46,148 nucleotides of DNA from Candidatus Magasanikiibacteriota bacterium (GCA_016214105.1 JACRPD010000029.1:1-46148), one strand, 5' to 3'. Shown: positions 15,839 to 25,717, counted from the first letter of the stretch. Notes: generated from the sequence alone by a model not told the origin. Numbers and translations: made by a program.

Positions 15839-16885
15839 ATGTTTAAAAGATTTTGGCCAAAATTCAGTTCCGAATTAGGCATTGACTTGGGTACCGCCAA
15901 TACTTTGGTTTATGTGCGGGGAAAGGGGATTGTCATCAATGAACCGTCAGTCGTGGCGATAAATACAAAAACCGAACAGATTTTGGCGGTTGGCAATGAG
16001 GCCAAAAGCATGTTGGGAAAAACCCCGCCGCATATCACGGTAACCAGGCCTTTGACAAATGGAATCATTTCCGATTATGAAGTTACGGAAAAAATGTTGA
16101 AATATTTTATTGATAAAGTTAATGAAGACAGGTTCACGTTTATTAATCGTCCCAAAGTGATCATCTGTACGCCGCTGGAAGTTACTGAAGTTGAAATCAA
16201 AGCGGTTGAGGACGCTACCATCGCGGCGGGAGCGCGCGAAGTTTATGTGGTGCAGGAACCGATGGCCGCTGCGATTGGCGCGCGGATGCCAATTCAGTAC
16301 CCGGTGGGCAATCTGGTGATTGACATTGGCGGCGGCACGACGGAGATTGCCGTTATTTCTCTAAGCGGAGTTGTAACTTGGAAATCTACTCACGTGGCTG
16401 GAGACGAAATGAATCGCAATATTATGCAGTACGCCAAAGAAGTGTTTAATTTGTATGTTGGCGAGAGCCACGCCGAGCAGATTAAAATAAAAATTGGTTC
16501 CGCAATTCCCATCACGGAGAAAATGGAATTTCCGATGCGCGGCCGCGATGTGATGACTGGATTGCCGCGCGAAGTGATGGTAACAGATGAAAATATCCGT
16601 GAAGCCTTGGCCCGCTCGGTGAATACGATAGTTGAACATGTAAAGATGACTTTGGAAATCACGCCTCCGGAATTAACCGCTGATATCCACGAGCGCGGAT
16701 TACTGTTAACTGGCGGCGGCGCGCTGTTGAAAGGGTTGGATCGCGTTATCGCCCGGGCGGCCGCGATTCCCGTGCGCGTTGCCGATGATCCGCTGACAGC
16801 GGTAGTGCGTGGGACTGGAGGGTTGTTGGAAGATACCGATTTGTTAAAAGAGGTTGCTCTGCCATCGGCTAGAGTCAGCCGTTGA
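15839..16885 (+). CDS. mreB: Rod shape-determining protein MreB
   Basis: GIDLGTANTLVY, VIDIGGGTTEIAV and LTGGGALLKGLD motifs. Followed by mreC and mreD. Confidence 0.96.
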   Translation: MFKRFWPKFSSELGIDLGTANTLVYVRGKGIVINEPSVVAINTKTEQILAVGNEAKSMLGKTPPHITVTRPLTNGIISDYEVTEKMLKYFIDKVNEDRFTFINRPKVIICTPLEVTEVEIKAVEDATIAAGAREVYVVQEPMAAAIGARMPIQYPVGNLVIDIGGGTTEIAVISLSGVVTWKSTHVAGDEMNRNIMQYAKEVFNLYVGESHAEQIKIKIGSAIPITEKMEFPMRGRDVMTGLPREVMVTDENIREALARSVNTIVEHVKMTLEITPPELTADIHERGLLLTGGGALLKGLDRVIARAAAIPVRVADDPLTAVVRGTGGLLEDTDLLKEVALPSARVSR

Positions 16886-16887
16886 TT

Positions 16888-17688
16888 ATGCGGAAAAATT
16901 TTTTTACGCTTCTTGCCGTATCAATTGTGCTCGCGATGACGATTTTATTGCATTATTTGGGCTGGCTGAAACCGGTAGAAAATTTTTTTCGTTATCTGGT
17001 AAATCCGGCGTCTAAGGCAATGTATGTTTTGAGCGTCAAGATAAACAATGCGGACGAAGAATTCGCGACGCCGGACGAGATGTCGCAAGCTTATAAAAAG
17101 ATAAAAGAAGAGTGGTTGAAAAATAAAATTGACGAGGTTGAGTTTGAAACTTTGCGCAAAGATAATGAAAATTTGCGGCAGCAATTGAATTTTCTTAAAA
17201 TTAAAAATTATAATTCCATCGGCATTGAGGTTATCGGTAAAAATATTGATCCGACCGAAAGCACGCTGATTGTCAATCGCGGATCAAAGGATGGCATTAA
17301 GGAAGGAAATCCGGTAATCGTCGGCGACGGCATTTTGGTTGGAAAAATCGCGAAAGTTGAAGAAAAAATATCAGTTGTCCGTCTTTTGGATGATAATCAA
17401 AGCAAGATTGCCGCTACGGTAGTTAATTATGAAAAAAGCATCGGGTTGGTGGAGGGCGGCTACGGCATTAGCGTGCAAATGAATTTTATCCCTCAAAGCG
17501 AGTCAATCAACATGGGCGACATCGTGGTAACTTCCGGTTTGGAAGAAAAAATGCCGCGCGGCCTGCTCATTGGGACTGTCCAAGCTGTGGAAAAAGAAGC
17601 TCATCAGCCATTTCAAAAAGCGGTCATCAAACCCTTTGCCGACTTTGATAAAGTGACTCTCGTTTCCGTTCTAATCAACGCTGAATAG
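16888..17688 (+). CDS. mreC: Rod shape-determining protein MreC
   Basis: N-terminal TM helix, coiled coil (LRKDNENLRQQLNFLK) and beta-barrel domains (GSKDGIKEGNPVI ... VVTSGLEEKMPRGLLIG). Confidence 0.88.
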   Translation: MRKNFFTLLAVSIVLAMTILLHYLGWLKPVENFFRYLVNPASKAMYVLSVKINNADEEFATPDEMSQAYKKIKEEWLKNKIDEVEFETLRKDNENLRQQLNFLKIKNYNSIGIEVIGKNIDPTESTLIVNRGSKDGIKEGNPVIVGDGILVGKIAKVEEKISVVRLLDDNQSKIAATVVNYEKSIGLVEGGYGISVQMNFIPQSESINMGDIVVTSGLEEKMPRGLLIGTVQAVEKEAHQPFQKAVIKPFADFDKVTLVSVLINAE

Positions 17689-17699
17689 CGGCTGAAGCT

Positions 17700-18242
17700 A
17701 TGTATTCAATTCTGCGATTTTTATCGGCCATGCTGGGGATAATTTTTTTGTCCGCTTTGCATATCGGCTTGGCGTTCGTGCTCCCTTTCCCCTGGTCAAA
17801 AATTAATATTATTTTAACGCTTTTGGTGGTTTTGATGTTTTGGTGGGATTCAGGCTTCGTTGTTTGGTTTGCTTTTTTTTCGCATTTAATTATTGAATTG
17901 TATACTACGGCGCCGTTTGGGATCTTGTTAATTTCCGGAACAGTGAGCGTGTTATTGGCTTTTTGGCTTTATAAGTATCTTTTCACCAATCGTTCTTGGT
18001 ATGCCGCCGGAGCGTTGGGTTTTTTGACCATCGTCAGCTATCGTTCAATTTATGTCGGCGCGATTTTGCTGTTTAAATTTTTCGGTTTAACTCAAATGCC
18101 GGCGTGGCGGAACATCATCCAAACATTATCATGGGAATTGCTTTTTAGCGTGCCGGCGATCGCTTTATTATTTTTTATCATCTCGCGTTTCTCGCGGCGA
18201 TTAAACGCGTCGCTGGACCACTCATCGCTGTTTAAAGTTTAA
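17700..18242 (+). CDS. mreD: Rod shape-determining protein MreD-like membrane protein
   Basis: 180 aa, 5 TM helices, positioned between mreC and mrdA. Confidence 0.7.
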   Translation: MYSILRFLSAMLGIIFLSALHIGLAFVLPFPWSKINIILTLLVVLMFWWDSGFVVWFAFFSHLIIELYTTAPFGILLISGTVSVLLAFWLYKYLFTNRSWYAAGALGFLTIVSYRSIYVGAILLFKFFGLTQMPAWRNIIQTLSWELLFSVPAIALLFFIISRFSRRLNASLDHSSLFKV

Positions 18243-18244
18243 TT

Positions 18245-20182
18245 ATGCCCAGTCGCTATCAATGGGTGGAGGAATCGGTGGTGTTTGAGCAGCATACCGG
18301 ACGCCAACCGCCACTGCCTCAAGATAAAAATTTTGTTGGCACCAAACTCACCAGCCGGATGGCGCGTTATTTTTTTATTGTCCTGCTGGCCGCGTTTATT
18401 TTGATTTTTTCTCGGTTATTTTATTTGCAAGCGGTCAGAGGCGGGGAGTATCGCTTGGCGGCGGAAGGAAATCGGCAAAAAATTATTCCGATTTTTGCCG
18501 AACGCGGTTTGATTTTTGATGCCAATGGCAAACAGCTGACAAAAAATATTCCCAATTTTTATCTGGCCTTGGTTCCACAAGAACTGCCGAGGGATGCGCA
18601 GAAAAGAAAAACATTGATTGAAAGATTATCGGGTTTAATCTATCAGAGTCAAGAAGAAATAGAGAAAAAAATTAATGAGTACGGTTCCTACAACCATGAA
18701 TCAGTCGTAATTCAAGAAGATATTGATTATGATACCGCGCTTTCAATTTTAATCACTGCGGCTGATTTGCCGGGAATTGAAATCCAACGCGGCAGCAAGC
18801 GATTGTATTTGAATTATAATTCCAGCCTGGCGCGGGAGGTGGTCACCTCAACGCCGTATTCTTTGTCCGCGCTTTTAGGTTATATCGGCAAGCTTAGCCA
18901 GGCTGACGTGGGTAATTTGCGTGATCAGGGATATTTGTCGTCGGATAATATCGGCAAAGTTGGAATAGAAAAAAATTATGAAAAAGAACTGCGCGGCGTT
19001 TATGGCAAAAAACGCGTTGAAGTTGACGCGAGCGGCAAAGAGCGCGCCACTTTGGCTGAAGAAGCGCCAATATCCGGAAAACACGCTTATTTGACGATTG
19101 ATTTTGAAATGCAGAAAAAATTGGAGGAATTGATTCGCGCGGTTTTAAAAAACAATAACAAGGTCCGCGCGTCCGGCATTGTTCTTAATCCAAACACCGG
19201 CGGTGTGTTGGCAATGGTAAGTTTACCAACTTTTGATAATAATGATTTTTCCGGCGGCATTAGTCCGGAAGTTTATAAAAATTATTTGCAAGATGAAAAT
19301 AAACCGTTTTTTAATCGCGCGGTCAGCGGTCTTTTCCCATCCGGCTCGGTGATTAAGCCGGCGATCGCTTACGCCGCTTTGCAAGAAGGGATTATTACCA
19401 GTCAAACCACGGTTTTAAGCGTCGGCGGCATTCAGGTGGGCGATTGGTTTTTTCCGGATTGGCTCGCGGGTGGACATGGATTAACTGACGTAAAAAAATC
19501 TCTTGCTTCTTCCGTTAATACTTTTTATTATTACATTGGGGGCGGTTATAGAAGTTTTGTCGGATTGGGCGTGGATTTAATCGGCAAGTATTTAAAATAT
19601 TTCGGCTTCGGACAAAAACTCGGCATTGACTTGCCGGGAGAAAAAGCCGGTCTGATTCCATCGCGGGAATGGAAAGAAACAGCGACCGGCGAGCGCTGGT
19701 ATATCGGCGATACTTATAACTTATCAATCGGCCAGGGCGGCTTGCTGGTTACCCCTTTACAAATCAGCTCGCTTACATCCATTATCGCGAATGGCGGGAT
19801 TTTATTTCGTCCGCACTTGTTAGACTATTTTGAAAATCCATTGACAAAAGCGCAAGAAAAATATTCCGTTAAAAAAATTAACACGTATTTATTTACGGAA
19901 AAATATTTATCAACCGTTAAAGTCGGCATGGTAGACTGTGTTGAATATGGCTCTTGCCGTCGTTTGGGAACCCTGCCGTTTGCCGTTGCCGGGAAAACCG
20001 GCACCGCGCAGTGGAATAAAAACAAAAGCAATCACGCCTGGTTTACCTCTTTCGCGCCGGTTGATAAGCCGGAAATCGTTGTTACTATTTTGATTGAAGA
20101 AGGCGGGGAAGGCAGCAGCATCGCCGCGCCAATCGCTTATGAGTTTTATAAGTGGTGGTGGGGATATAAATCTGAGCCATAG
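18245..20182 (+). CDS. mrdA: Penicillin-binding protein 2 (elongasome transpeptidase)
   Basis: SxxK (PSGSVIKP), SxN-like and KTG (AGKTGTAQ) motifs, plus an N-terminal TM anchor and a dimerisation domain. Confidence 0.92.
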   Translation: MPSRYQWVEESVVFEQHTGRQPPLPQDKNFVGTKLTSRMARYFFIVLLAAFILIFSRLFYLQAVRGGEYRLAAEGNRQKIIPIFAERGLIFDANGKQLTKNIPNFYLALVPQELPRDAQKRKTLIERLSGLIYQSQEEIEKKINEYGSYNHESVVIQEDIDYDTALSILITAADLPGIEIQRGSKRLYLNYNSSLAREVVTSTPYSLSALLGYIGKLSQADVGNLRDQGYLSSDNIGKVGIEKNYEKELRGVYGKKRVEVDASGKERATLAEEAPISGKHAYLTIDFEMQKKLEELIRAVLKNNNKVRASGIVLNPNTGGVLAMVSLPTFDNNDFSGGISPEVYKNYLQDENKPFFNRAVSGLFPSGSVIKPAIAYAALQEGIITSQTTVLSVGGIQVGDWFFPDWLAGGHGLTDVKKSLASSVNTFYYYIGGGYRSFVGLGVDLIGKYLKYFGFGQKLGIDLPGEKAGLIPSREWKETATGERWYIGDTYNLSIGQGGLLVTPLQISSLTSIIANGGILFRPHLLDYFENPLTKAQEKYSVKKINTYLFTEKYLSTVKVGMVDCVEYGSCRRLGTLPFAVAGKTGTAQWNKNKSNHAWFTSFAPVDKPEIVVTILIEEGGEGSSIAAPIAYEFYKWWWGYKSEP

Positions 20183-20334
20183 CAGATCGGTTTAGAAGGC
20201 GAAACACAGCTTGTGGCCCTGCTTGCACCGGAGCGGAGCGATTGATGCGGTGTGGATAACTCACTTCTCCTGTTTTGTCAGCTCTGCTATACTACAATCA
20301 CCGCAAATGGCGGGTATTTTTATTGACAAAATCT

Positions 20335-20805
20335 ATGTCCGACGAAGAAGCGCAATTCATGACTAAAGAAAAATTCACCGGATTGGAAAAAGAACTCCGC
20401 GAGTTAAAGCTGGAGGTTTTGCCGCGTATTGCCAAGCGGATTGATGATGCGAGGCAAATGGGCGATCTTTCGGAAAACGCGGAATACCACGCGGCGCGGG
20501 AAGAAATGGCGTGGACACAAAGCCGAGTTAATGAAATTCAGTATCTTTTGAGCAACGCGGAGATCATCTCAACCACGCAAGGACAGGGGAGTGTAATCAC
20601 GATTGGCTCCACTGTTATCGTGGAATCAAAAAATGGCAAAAAAGAATATGTAATTGTCGGCGCGCAGGAAGCTGATCCGGTTGCCGGTAAAATTTCCAAC
20701 GAATCTCCATTGGGCAGCGCTTTTTTAGGGAAAAAGAAAGGCGAAAAAATCAAAGTCAAACTTCCTTCCGGAGAGCAGGAATATAGGGTGTTAGAGGTGA
20801 AGTGA
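20335..20805 (+). CDS. greA: Transcription elongation factor GreA, paralog 2
   Basis: MSDEEAQFMTKEKFTGLEKELRELK ... GDLSENAEYHAAREEMAWTQSRVNEIQYLL ... SNESPLGSAFLGKKKGEKI. Stop TGA. Confidence 0.9.
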   Translation: MSDEEAQFMTKEKFTGLEKELRELKLEVLPRIAKRIDDARQMGDLSENAEYHAAREEMAWTQSRVNEIQYLLSNAEIISTTQGQGSVITIGSTVIVESKNGKKEYVIVGAQEADPVAGKISNESPLGSAFLGKKKGEKIKVKLPSGEQEYRVLEVK

Positions 20806-20849
20806 TTGCGAGAGAGACCTCTCAGAAAATTTCCCTCCCCTTCGCAAAG

Positions 20850-20879
20850 TTCCACCTGTTTGGTGGGATTTGTGTTTTT
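20850..20879 (+). terminator. Putative terminator after greA
   Basis: tccacc-tgttt-ggtggg(a) followed by tttgtgttttt. Confidence 0.5.
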
Positions 20880-20928
20880 ATATAGATTTTAGTATAATAA
20901 CTTCATAATTTTAGCCAATTAATTTGCT

Positions 20929-22398
20929 ATGGATAGCCAAGAAAAAATCAATATTAACGACGAACGCAAGATTCGTTTGAAAAAAATGGAAGAATTAATA
21001 TCCGCGGGAATAAATCCATATCCGGCTGAATCTAGCCGACAGCACAGCTTAACACAAGCTTTGGCTGGCAAAGATGGAGAAAAATTCGCTGTGGCGGGAA
21101 GGATCTTAACTAAAAGAGAAATGGGCAAACTCACCTTTTGTCATCTGCAAGATGAATCCGGCCGCATGCAAATCGCGCTTAAACAAGATGATATTGGAAA
21201 AGAAGCGTATGATTTGTTTACAAAAAAAATAGACATGGGCGACATTGTGGAAGTATCCGGAGAAAAATTTTTGACCCATAAAGGCGAGCCGTCTATTTTA
21301 GTTAAAAAATGGACATTGTTGGCAAAATCCCTTTTGCCTTTGCCGGATAAATTTCATGGTCTGCAAGATGAAGAATTGCGTTTGCGCAAGCGTTACTTGG
21401 AATTGATTTCCAACCCAGAACTTAGAGATTTGTTCAGGCGAAAAAGCCGTTTTTGGCAGGCGACACGCGAATTTTTGCTGAAAGAAGGATTTTTAGAAGT
21501 TGAAACGCCTGTGCTTGAATCAACTTGCGGTGGAGCTGACGCGACTCCGTTTGTTACGCACCTGAATGTTTTAGATCTGGATGTCTATCTGCGCATTTCT
21601 ATGGGCGAGTTGTGGCAAAAAAGACTGATGGTCGCCGGATTTGAAAAAACTTTTGAAATTGGCCGGCAATTTAGAAACGAGGGCATGAGTCGCGAGCATC
21701 TTCAAGATTACACGCAAATGGAATTTTACTGGGCTTACGCTGATGATGAAAAAGGGATGAATCTCGTAGAAAGATTGACGAAGCATATCGCGCAAGAAGC
21801 ATTTGGCACGCTTAAATTTGATATCGGCGAGTTCAAAAGCATTGATTTAAATAAAAAGTGGGAAAGGATTGATTACACCGATGCGATTAAAAAAAATCTG
21901 AAAATTGATGTGCTGAAAGCTTCGGAAAAAGAAATTAGAGCCAAATTAGATAGCTTAAAAATTGAATATACCAAACAAGAAACAAAAGGCAGGTTGATTG
22001 ATTCTTTATGGAAACATTGTAGAAAAGCCATAAAAGGCCCGGCCTTTTTGGTCGGACAGCCGGTTGCCGTATCGCCGTTGTCTAAACGGAGAACGGAAAA
22101 GCCGGAATTAACCCGTCGTTTTCAAATTATTCTTGCCGGCAGCGAGCTGGGGAATGGGTACGCGGAACTGAATGATCCGATTGACCAGGCGGAAAGATTT
22201 ACTGAACAAGCGAAAATGCGCGAGGCCGGCGACGCGGAAGCGCAGATGCATGATAAAGATTTTGTTGAGGCGCTGGAACATGGCATGCCGCCAACCTGCG
22301 GATTTGGATTTTCTGAAAGATTATTTGCGTTTTTAGCTAACAAACCAATGAGAGATTGCGTTTTGTTTCCATTAGTAAAACCGGCGCAAGATTCTTAA
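20929..22398 (+). CDS. lysS: Lysyl-tRNA synthetase, class II
   Basis: OB-fold N-domain and class II core (FRNEGMSREHLQDYTQMEFYWAY; GSELGNGYAELNDP; GFGFSERL). Confidence 0.95.
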   Translation: MDSQEKININDERKIRLKKMEELISAGINPYPAESSRQHSLTQALAGKDGEKFAVAGRILTKREMGKLTFCHLQDESGRMQIALKQDDIGKEAYDLFTKKIDMGDIVEVSGEKFLTHKGEPSILVKKWTLLAKSLLPLPDKFHGLQDEELRLRKRYLELISNPELRDLFRRKSRFWQATREFLLKEGFLEVETPVLESTCGGADATPFVTHLNVLDLDVYLRISMGELWQKRLMVAGFEKTFEIGRQFRNEGMSREHLQDYTQMEFYWAYADDEKGMNLVERLTKHIAQEAFGTLKFDIGEFKSIDLNKKWERIDYTDAIKKNLKIDVLKASEKEIRAKLDSLKIEYTKQETKGRLIDSLWKHCRKAIKGPAFLVGQPVAVSPLSKRRTEKPELTRRFQIILAGSELGNGYAELNDPIDQAERFTEQAKMREAGDAEAQMHDKDFVEALEHGMPPTCGFGFSERLFAFLANKPMRDCVLFPLVKPAQDS

Positions 22399-22399
22399 T

Positions 22400-22825
22400 A
22401 TGAAATCAATTGTAATGGTGTTTGGGACGTTTGATATTTTACATCTCGGACATATCCACATGTTTGAGGAAGCGCGCGAATACGGTGATAAGCTGGTAGC
22501 GGTAGTGGCGCGGGATATTAATGTTGAAAAAGTGAAAGGAATCGGTCCGTTTCATAATGAAAATGAGAGATTGAAGTTTGTTAAACACATCAATTTGGTT
22601 GATGAAGCGGTTTTGGGCGACAAAACTGATGTTTACAAAGTGATTAAAAAAATAAAACCAGATGTTATCGCTTTGGGCTATGACCAGAGGGTATATATTG
22701 ATAAACTCAGCCGCGCTTTGGTTGAACTGGGTTTAAATAAAACCAAGATTGTTCGTTTATCCGAGTGCCAGCCGAAGAGAATGAAGACAACAAAAATTAA
22801 AAAATATATTGAGAGGATGATATGA
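22400..22825 (+). CDS. Cytidylyltransferase-fold nucleotidyltransferase (RibL/TagD-like)
   Basis: FGTFDILHLGHIHMFEEA (the (H/T)xGH motif). 141 aa. Confidence 0.75.
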   Translation: MKSIVMVFGTFDILHLGHIHMFEEAREYGDKLVAVVARDINVEKVKGIGPFHNENERLKFVKHINLVDEAVLGDKTDVYKVIKKIKPDVIALGYDQRVYIDKLSRALVELGLNKTKIVRLSECQPKRMKTTKIKKYIERMI

Positions 22826-23682
22826 TGAAAATCCTTATTGCTACCACAAACGAAGGAAAATTTAAAGAGATAAAAAGTTTTTTGGGCGATTTACCGGTTA
22901 AACTAGTTTCTTTGGGAGATGTGGGAACAAAATATAAAGAGCCGGCAGAGGATCAGCCTACTTTAGAAGGCAATGCCATACTAAAAGCGAAGTATTACGC
23001 GGAGAAGACGGGGTTAATTTCTTTGGCAGATGATGGCGGTTTGTTTGTAGACGCGTTAAAAGCCTGGCCCGGCGTTAAAAGCGCGCGTATCGCCGATAGC
23101 AAGTCTAGACGAAATGAATTGGTGCTTGGTAAATTGAAAGGCAAAACATGGAAGAAACGGACAGCGCGGTTCAGAGCAGTGCTGGCGATCTATGATCCGA
23201 AGACCAAGGATTTATATCTAACTAATGGTGAAACCGCGGGTCATATTTTGGAAAAGGCAATAGATTCAGATAATGGTTTTGGTTATGATCCGATTTTTTA
23301 CGTTGATGAAAAGAAAAAAGCTTATGTGGAAATGAGCGTTGTGGAAAAAAATTCTTGCAGCCACCGCGGTAAAGCGCTCGCGCAAATGAAATATTTTTTA
23401 CGAAAACAATTCGGTTCAAGACATATTGTGGTGCCGCTGGCGATTATCATTAAAGACGGCAAAGCGCTTATAGCCAAAAGAAATGACCCTCATAACAAAA
23501 AATTCCATGGTACGTGGGAATTTCCCGGCGGGGCTGTGGAGTATGGGGAAACAATAATAATGGAGATAAAATGGATTAATCCTGGAGAGTACAGCAAGTT
23601 TAAGCTAATTTTTAAAAACAACGAGTTGTTTAAGAGTATAATTGGGGATTTGGTGGGAATAATTGAGAAATATAAATTATAA
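22822..23682 (+). CDS. rdgB: RdgB/HAM1-type non-canonical NTP pyrophosphatase fused to a truncated Nudix-like domain
   Basis: ILIATTNEGKFKEI ... GFGYDPIF ... SHRGKA for HAM1. From about aa 200, IVVPLAIIIKDGKALIAKRN...GTWEFPGGAVEYGET resembles a Nudix N-terminal half, but the REx2EE helix is absent. Confidence 0.8.
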   Translation: MMKILIATTNEGKFKEIKSFLGDLPVKLVSLGDVGTKYKEPAEDQPTLEGNAILKAKYYAEKTGLISLADDGGLFVDALKAWPGVKSARIADSKSRRNELVLGKLKGKTWKKRTARFRAVLAIYDPKTKDLYLTNGETAGHILEKAIDSDNGFGYDPIFYVDEKKKAYVEMSVVEKNSCSHRGKALAQMKYFLRKQFGSRHIVVPLAIIIKDGKALIAKRNDPHNKKFHGTWEFPGGAVEYGETIIMEIKWINPGEYSKFKLIFKNNELFKSIIGDLVGIIEKYKL

Positions 23683-23688
23683 TTAAAA

Positions 23689-23748
23689 TGTCATTTCAAC
23701 GTACTAAAAAGGGATCCCTCGGCTCCCTCCGGTCGCTCGGGATGACAG
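23689..23748. repeat. REP-like element
   Basis: tgtcat...gggatccctcggctccctccggtcgctcgggatgaca. Short terminal inverted repeats tgtcat/atgaca and a GTCATCCCGAGCG head in reverse orientation. Confidence 0.55.
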
Positions 23749-23759
23749 TGTGAAACAAT

Positions 23760-25016
23760 ATGCTTGACATTAACAAAATCCGTGAACAAAAAGAGACGGT
23801 TAAAACCGCTCTATTGAAGCGCTTGGAGCCGGCGCAGTTTGATTTGGATGAAATTATCTTTTTAGACGACAAGCGCCGCAAGTTAATCGCAGAAATGGAA
23901 ATGTTAAAAGCAGATCGGAATCTCCATTCAAAGACTAAACCAACGCCGGAAATTATCGCGCAGATGAAAGAAGTTGGCGCGCAGATTCAAAACTTTGAAA
24001 ACGATTTGCGTTTGGTTGACGAACAACTAAAGACCGCGTTAAGCGAATTGCCGAATTTGCCGGCTGATGATGTTCTGCCGGGCGGAAAAGAAAATAATAA
24101 AGTGATTAAGACTTTTGGCCGCCAGCCAAAGTTTAAATTTAATCCCAAGGACCATGTTGAATTAGCGACAGGTTTGAATTTGATTGATTATGAGCGGGCG
24201 GTTAAAATGTCCGGCTCCGGGTACTGGCTTTATCGCGGCGATGGCGCTTTGTTTGAATGGGCGCTGTTGAATTATTTCGTGGAATTTCATAAAAAAAATA
24301 AATATACTTTTGTTTTGCCGCCATATTTGCTGACAGAACAGTCGGCTTACACTTCCGGCCATCTGCCAAAATTTAAAGACGATTTATTTTGGACGCAGGA
24401 TGGAACTTGCCTCAATGCGACCTCCGAAATGATGCTGGGCAATTATCACCGCGATGAAATATTGGACGAAGAAAATCTGCCGTTAAAATATTTCGCTTAT
24501 TCAGCCTGTTTCCGCCGCGAGGCCGGCAGTTATCGCAAAGAAGAACGGGGGATGATTCGTGGACATCAGTTTAATAAAATTGAGATGTTTCAATTTACCA
24601 AGCCGGGAAATTCGTGGAAAGCTTATGCAGAGCTGATTAAAAACGCGGAAAAATTGGTAGAAGGTCTTGATTTACATTATCAAACGGTTCAACTGGCGGC
24701 TGGCGATTCTTCGGCGGCCATGGCGAAGACATGTGATATTGAGGTTTGGATTCCAAGTATGGGAGTGTATAAAGAAGTAAGCAGTGTTTCTAACGCTCTT
24801 GACTATCAAGCCCGTCGCGGGAATGTTAGATTTAAAAATATTGCCACTAATAAAAATGAATTTGTGCACACTCTTAACGCTTCCGGTTTAGCTACCAGTC
24901 GCTTACTGCCTGCCATTTTAGAACAATTCCAACAGCCTGATGGTAGTGTCAAAGTACCGAAAGTTCTGCAGAAGTGGGTGGGGAAGAAAAAACTATGTCA
25001 GACAAACCAATCTTAA
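23760..25016 (+). CDS. serS: Seryl-tRNA synthetase
   Basis: Coiled-coil N-terminal arm and class II core (CFRREAGSYRKEERGMIRGHQFNKIEMF; LNASGLATSR). Confidence 0.95.
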   Translation: MLDINKIREQKETVKTALLKRLEPAQFDLDEIIFLDDKRRKLIAEMEMLKADRNLHSKTKPTPEIIAQMKEVGAQIQNFENDLRLVDEQLKTALSELPNLPADDVLPGGKENNKVIKTFGRQPKFKFNPKDHVELATGLNLIDYERAVKMSGSGYWLYRGDGALFEWALLNYFVEFHKKNKYTFVLPPYLLTEQSAYTSGHLPKFKDDLFWTQDGTCLNATSEMMLGNYHRDEILDEENLPLKYFAYSACFRREAGSYRKEERGMIRGHQFNKIEMFQFTKPGNSWKAYAELIKNAEKLVEGLDLHYQTVQLAAGDSSAAMAKTCDIEVWIPSMGVYKEVSSVSNALDYQARRGNVRFKNIATNKNEFVHTLNASGLATSRLLPAILEQFQQPDGSVKVPKVLQKWVGKKKLCQTNQS

Positions 25017-25717
25017 TCATCCTCCACGGTTGGGGTGGAACAAAAGAGACTTGGCATAATTTTACAGACTTAGGCAAGGACTTTTTTGAAATACAAGTAA
25101 TTGATTTGCCATGTTTTGGAGAAGAACCTTGTCCAAGCGAAGTGTGGGGCATTGAAGAATATTCTAATTTCGTCAAAGACAAACTTACACACTTACACAC
25201 TTACAAACCAATTCTTCTTGGTCACTCATTCGGCGGACAAGTCGCGGCATACTTTACCGCGCAAAATTCGGAAATGATTGACAAGCTGATTTTATTCGCG
25301 CCGGCGTTATTTAGGCGAAGAAGGGGATTGCGAAGATTCTTTTTTGGAATAGTGGCGAAAACCGGTAAGTTAATTTTTAAACTGCCAGTTATAGAAAAAT
25401 TTGATGTGTGGGCAAAGAGAATTTTGTACAAAACGGCTGATTCTCCTGATTACGCGGAAACTTCCGGAATTAAACGAGAAATTTTTAAAAAAATCATCCG
25501 ACAGGATTTGACCGATACTTTGCCAAAAATTTCCGTTCCCACCCTGCTGATTCATGGCACTTTGGATAAGTATGTTCCTCTTAAAGACAGCAAAAAAGCG
25601 GCGCGTTTAATTCCAAGCGCAAAATTAGAAGTTATCGCGCTGGCTCGGCACGGCGCGCATTTCCAGCAGCCGGAAAAACTTTTGTCAGTGATAAGAAAAT
25701 ATGCTCTCAATGATTAA
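24995..25717 (+). CDS. Alpha/beta-fold hydrolase
   Basis: ILHGWGG oxyanion region, nucleophile elbow GHSFGG and C-terminal HGAHF. Overlaps the serS 3-prime end. Confidence 0.8.
   Translation: MSDKPILIILHGWGGTKETWHNFTDLGKDFFEIQVIDLPCFGEEPCPSEVWGIEEYSNFVKDKLTHLHTYKPILLGHSFGGQVAAYFTAQNSEMIDKLILFAPALFRRRRGLRRFFFGIVAKTGKLIFKLPVIEKFDVWAKRILYKTADSPDYAETSGIKREIFKKIIRQDLTDTLPKISVPTLLIHGTLDKYVPLKDSKKAARLIPSAKLEVIALARHGAHFQQPEKLLSVIRKYALND
25183..25206. repeat. Octanucleotide tandem repeat (ACTTACAC) x3 inside the hydrolase gene, in frame
   Basis: acttacac acttacac acttacaa, encoding LTHLHTYK. Confidence 0.9.

Noticed and set aside
20251-20259. Perfect DnaA box (TGTGGATAA) in a GC-rich spacer after mrdA; a near-box CTATCCACA lies at 199-207; possible oriC
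   Set aside because: There is only one perfect box, no cluster, no AT-rich unwinding element next to it, and no dnaA or dnaN nearby. A single 9-mer match is expected by chance at this scale.
20183-20274. GC-rich 90-nt spacer upstream of greA as a possible small RNA (SRP, 6S or tmRNA fragment)
   Set aside because: Only short (5-8 bp) stems can be drawn by hand, and I recognise no conserved ncRNA motifs. This would need cmscan to revisit.
20806-20928. T-box or other riboswitch leader upstream of lysS (also serS at 23683-23759 and proS)
   Set aside because: The leaders are too short (about 120, 77 and 5 nt) and lack the T-box core or specifier architecture. The lysS leader is explained by a terminator plus a -10 element (tataat at 20893-20898).
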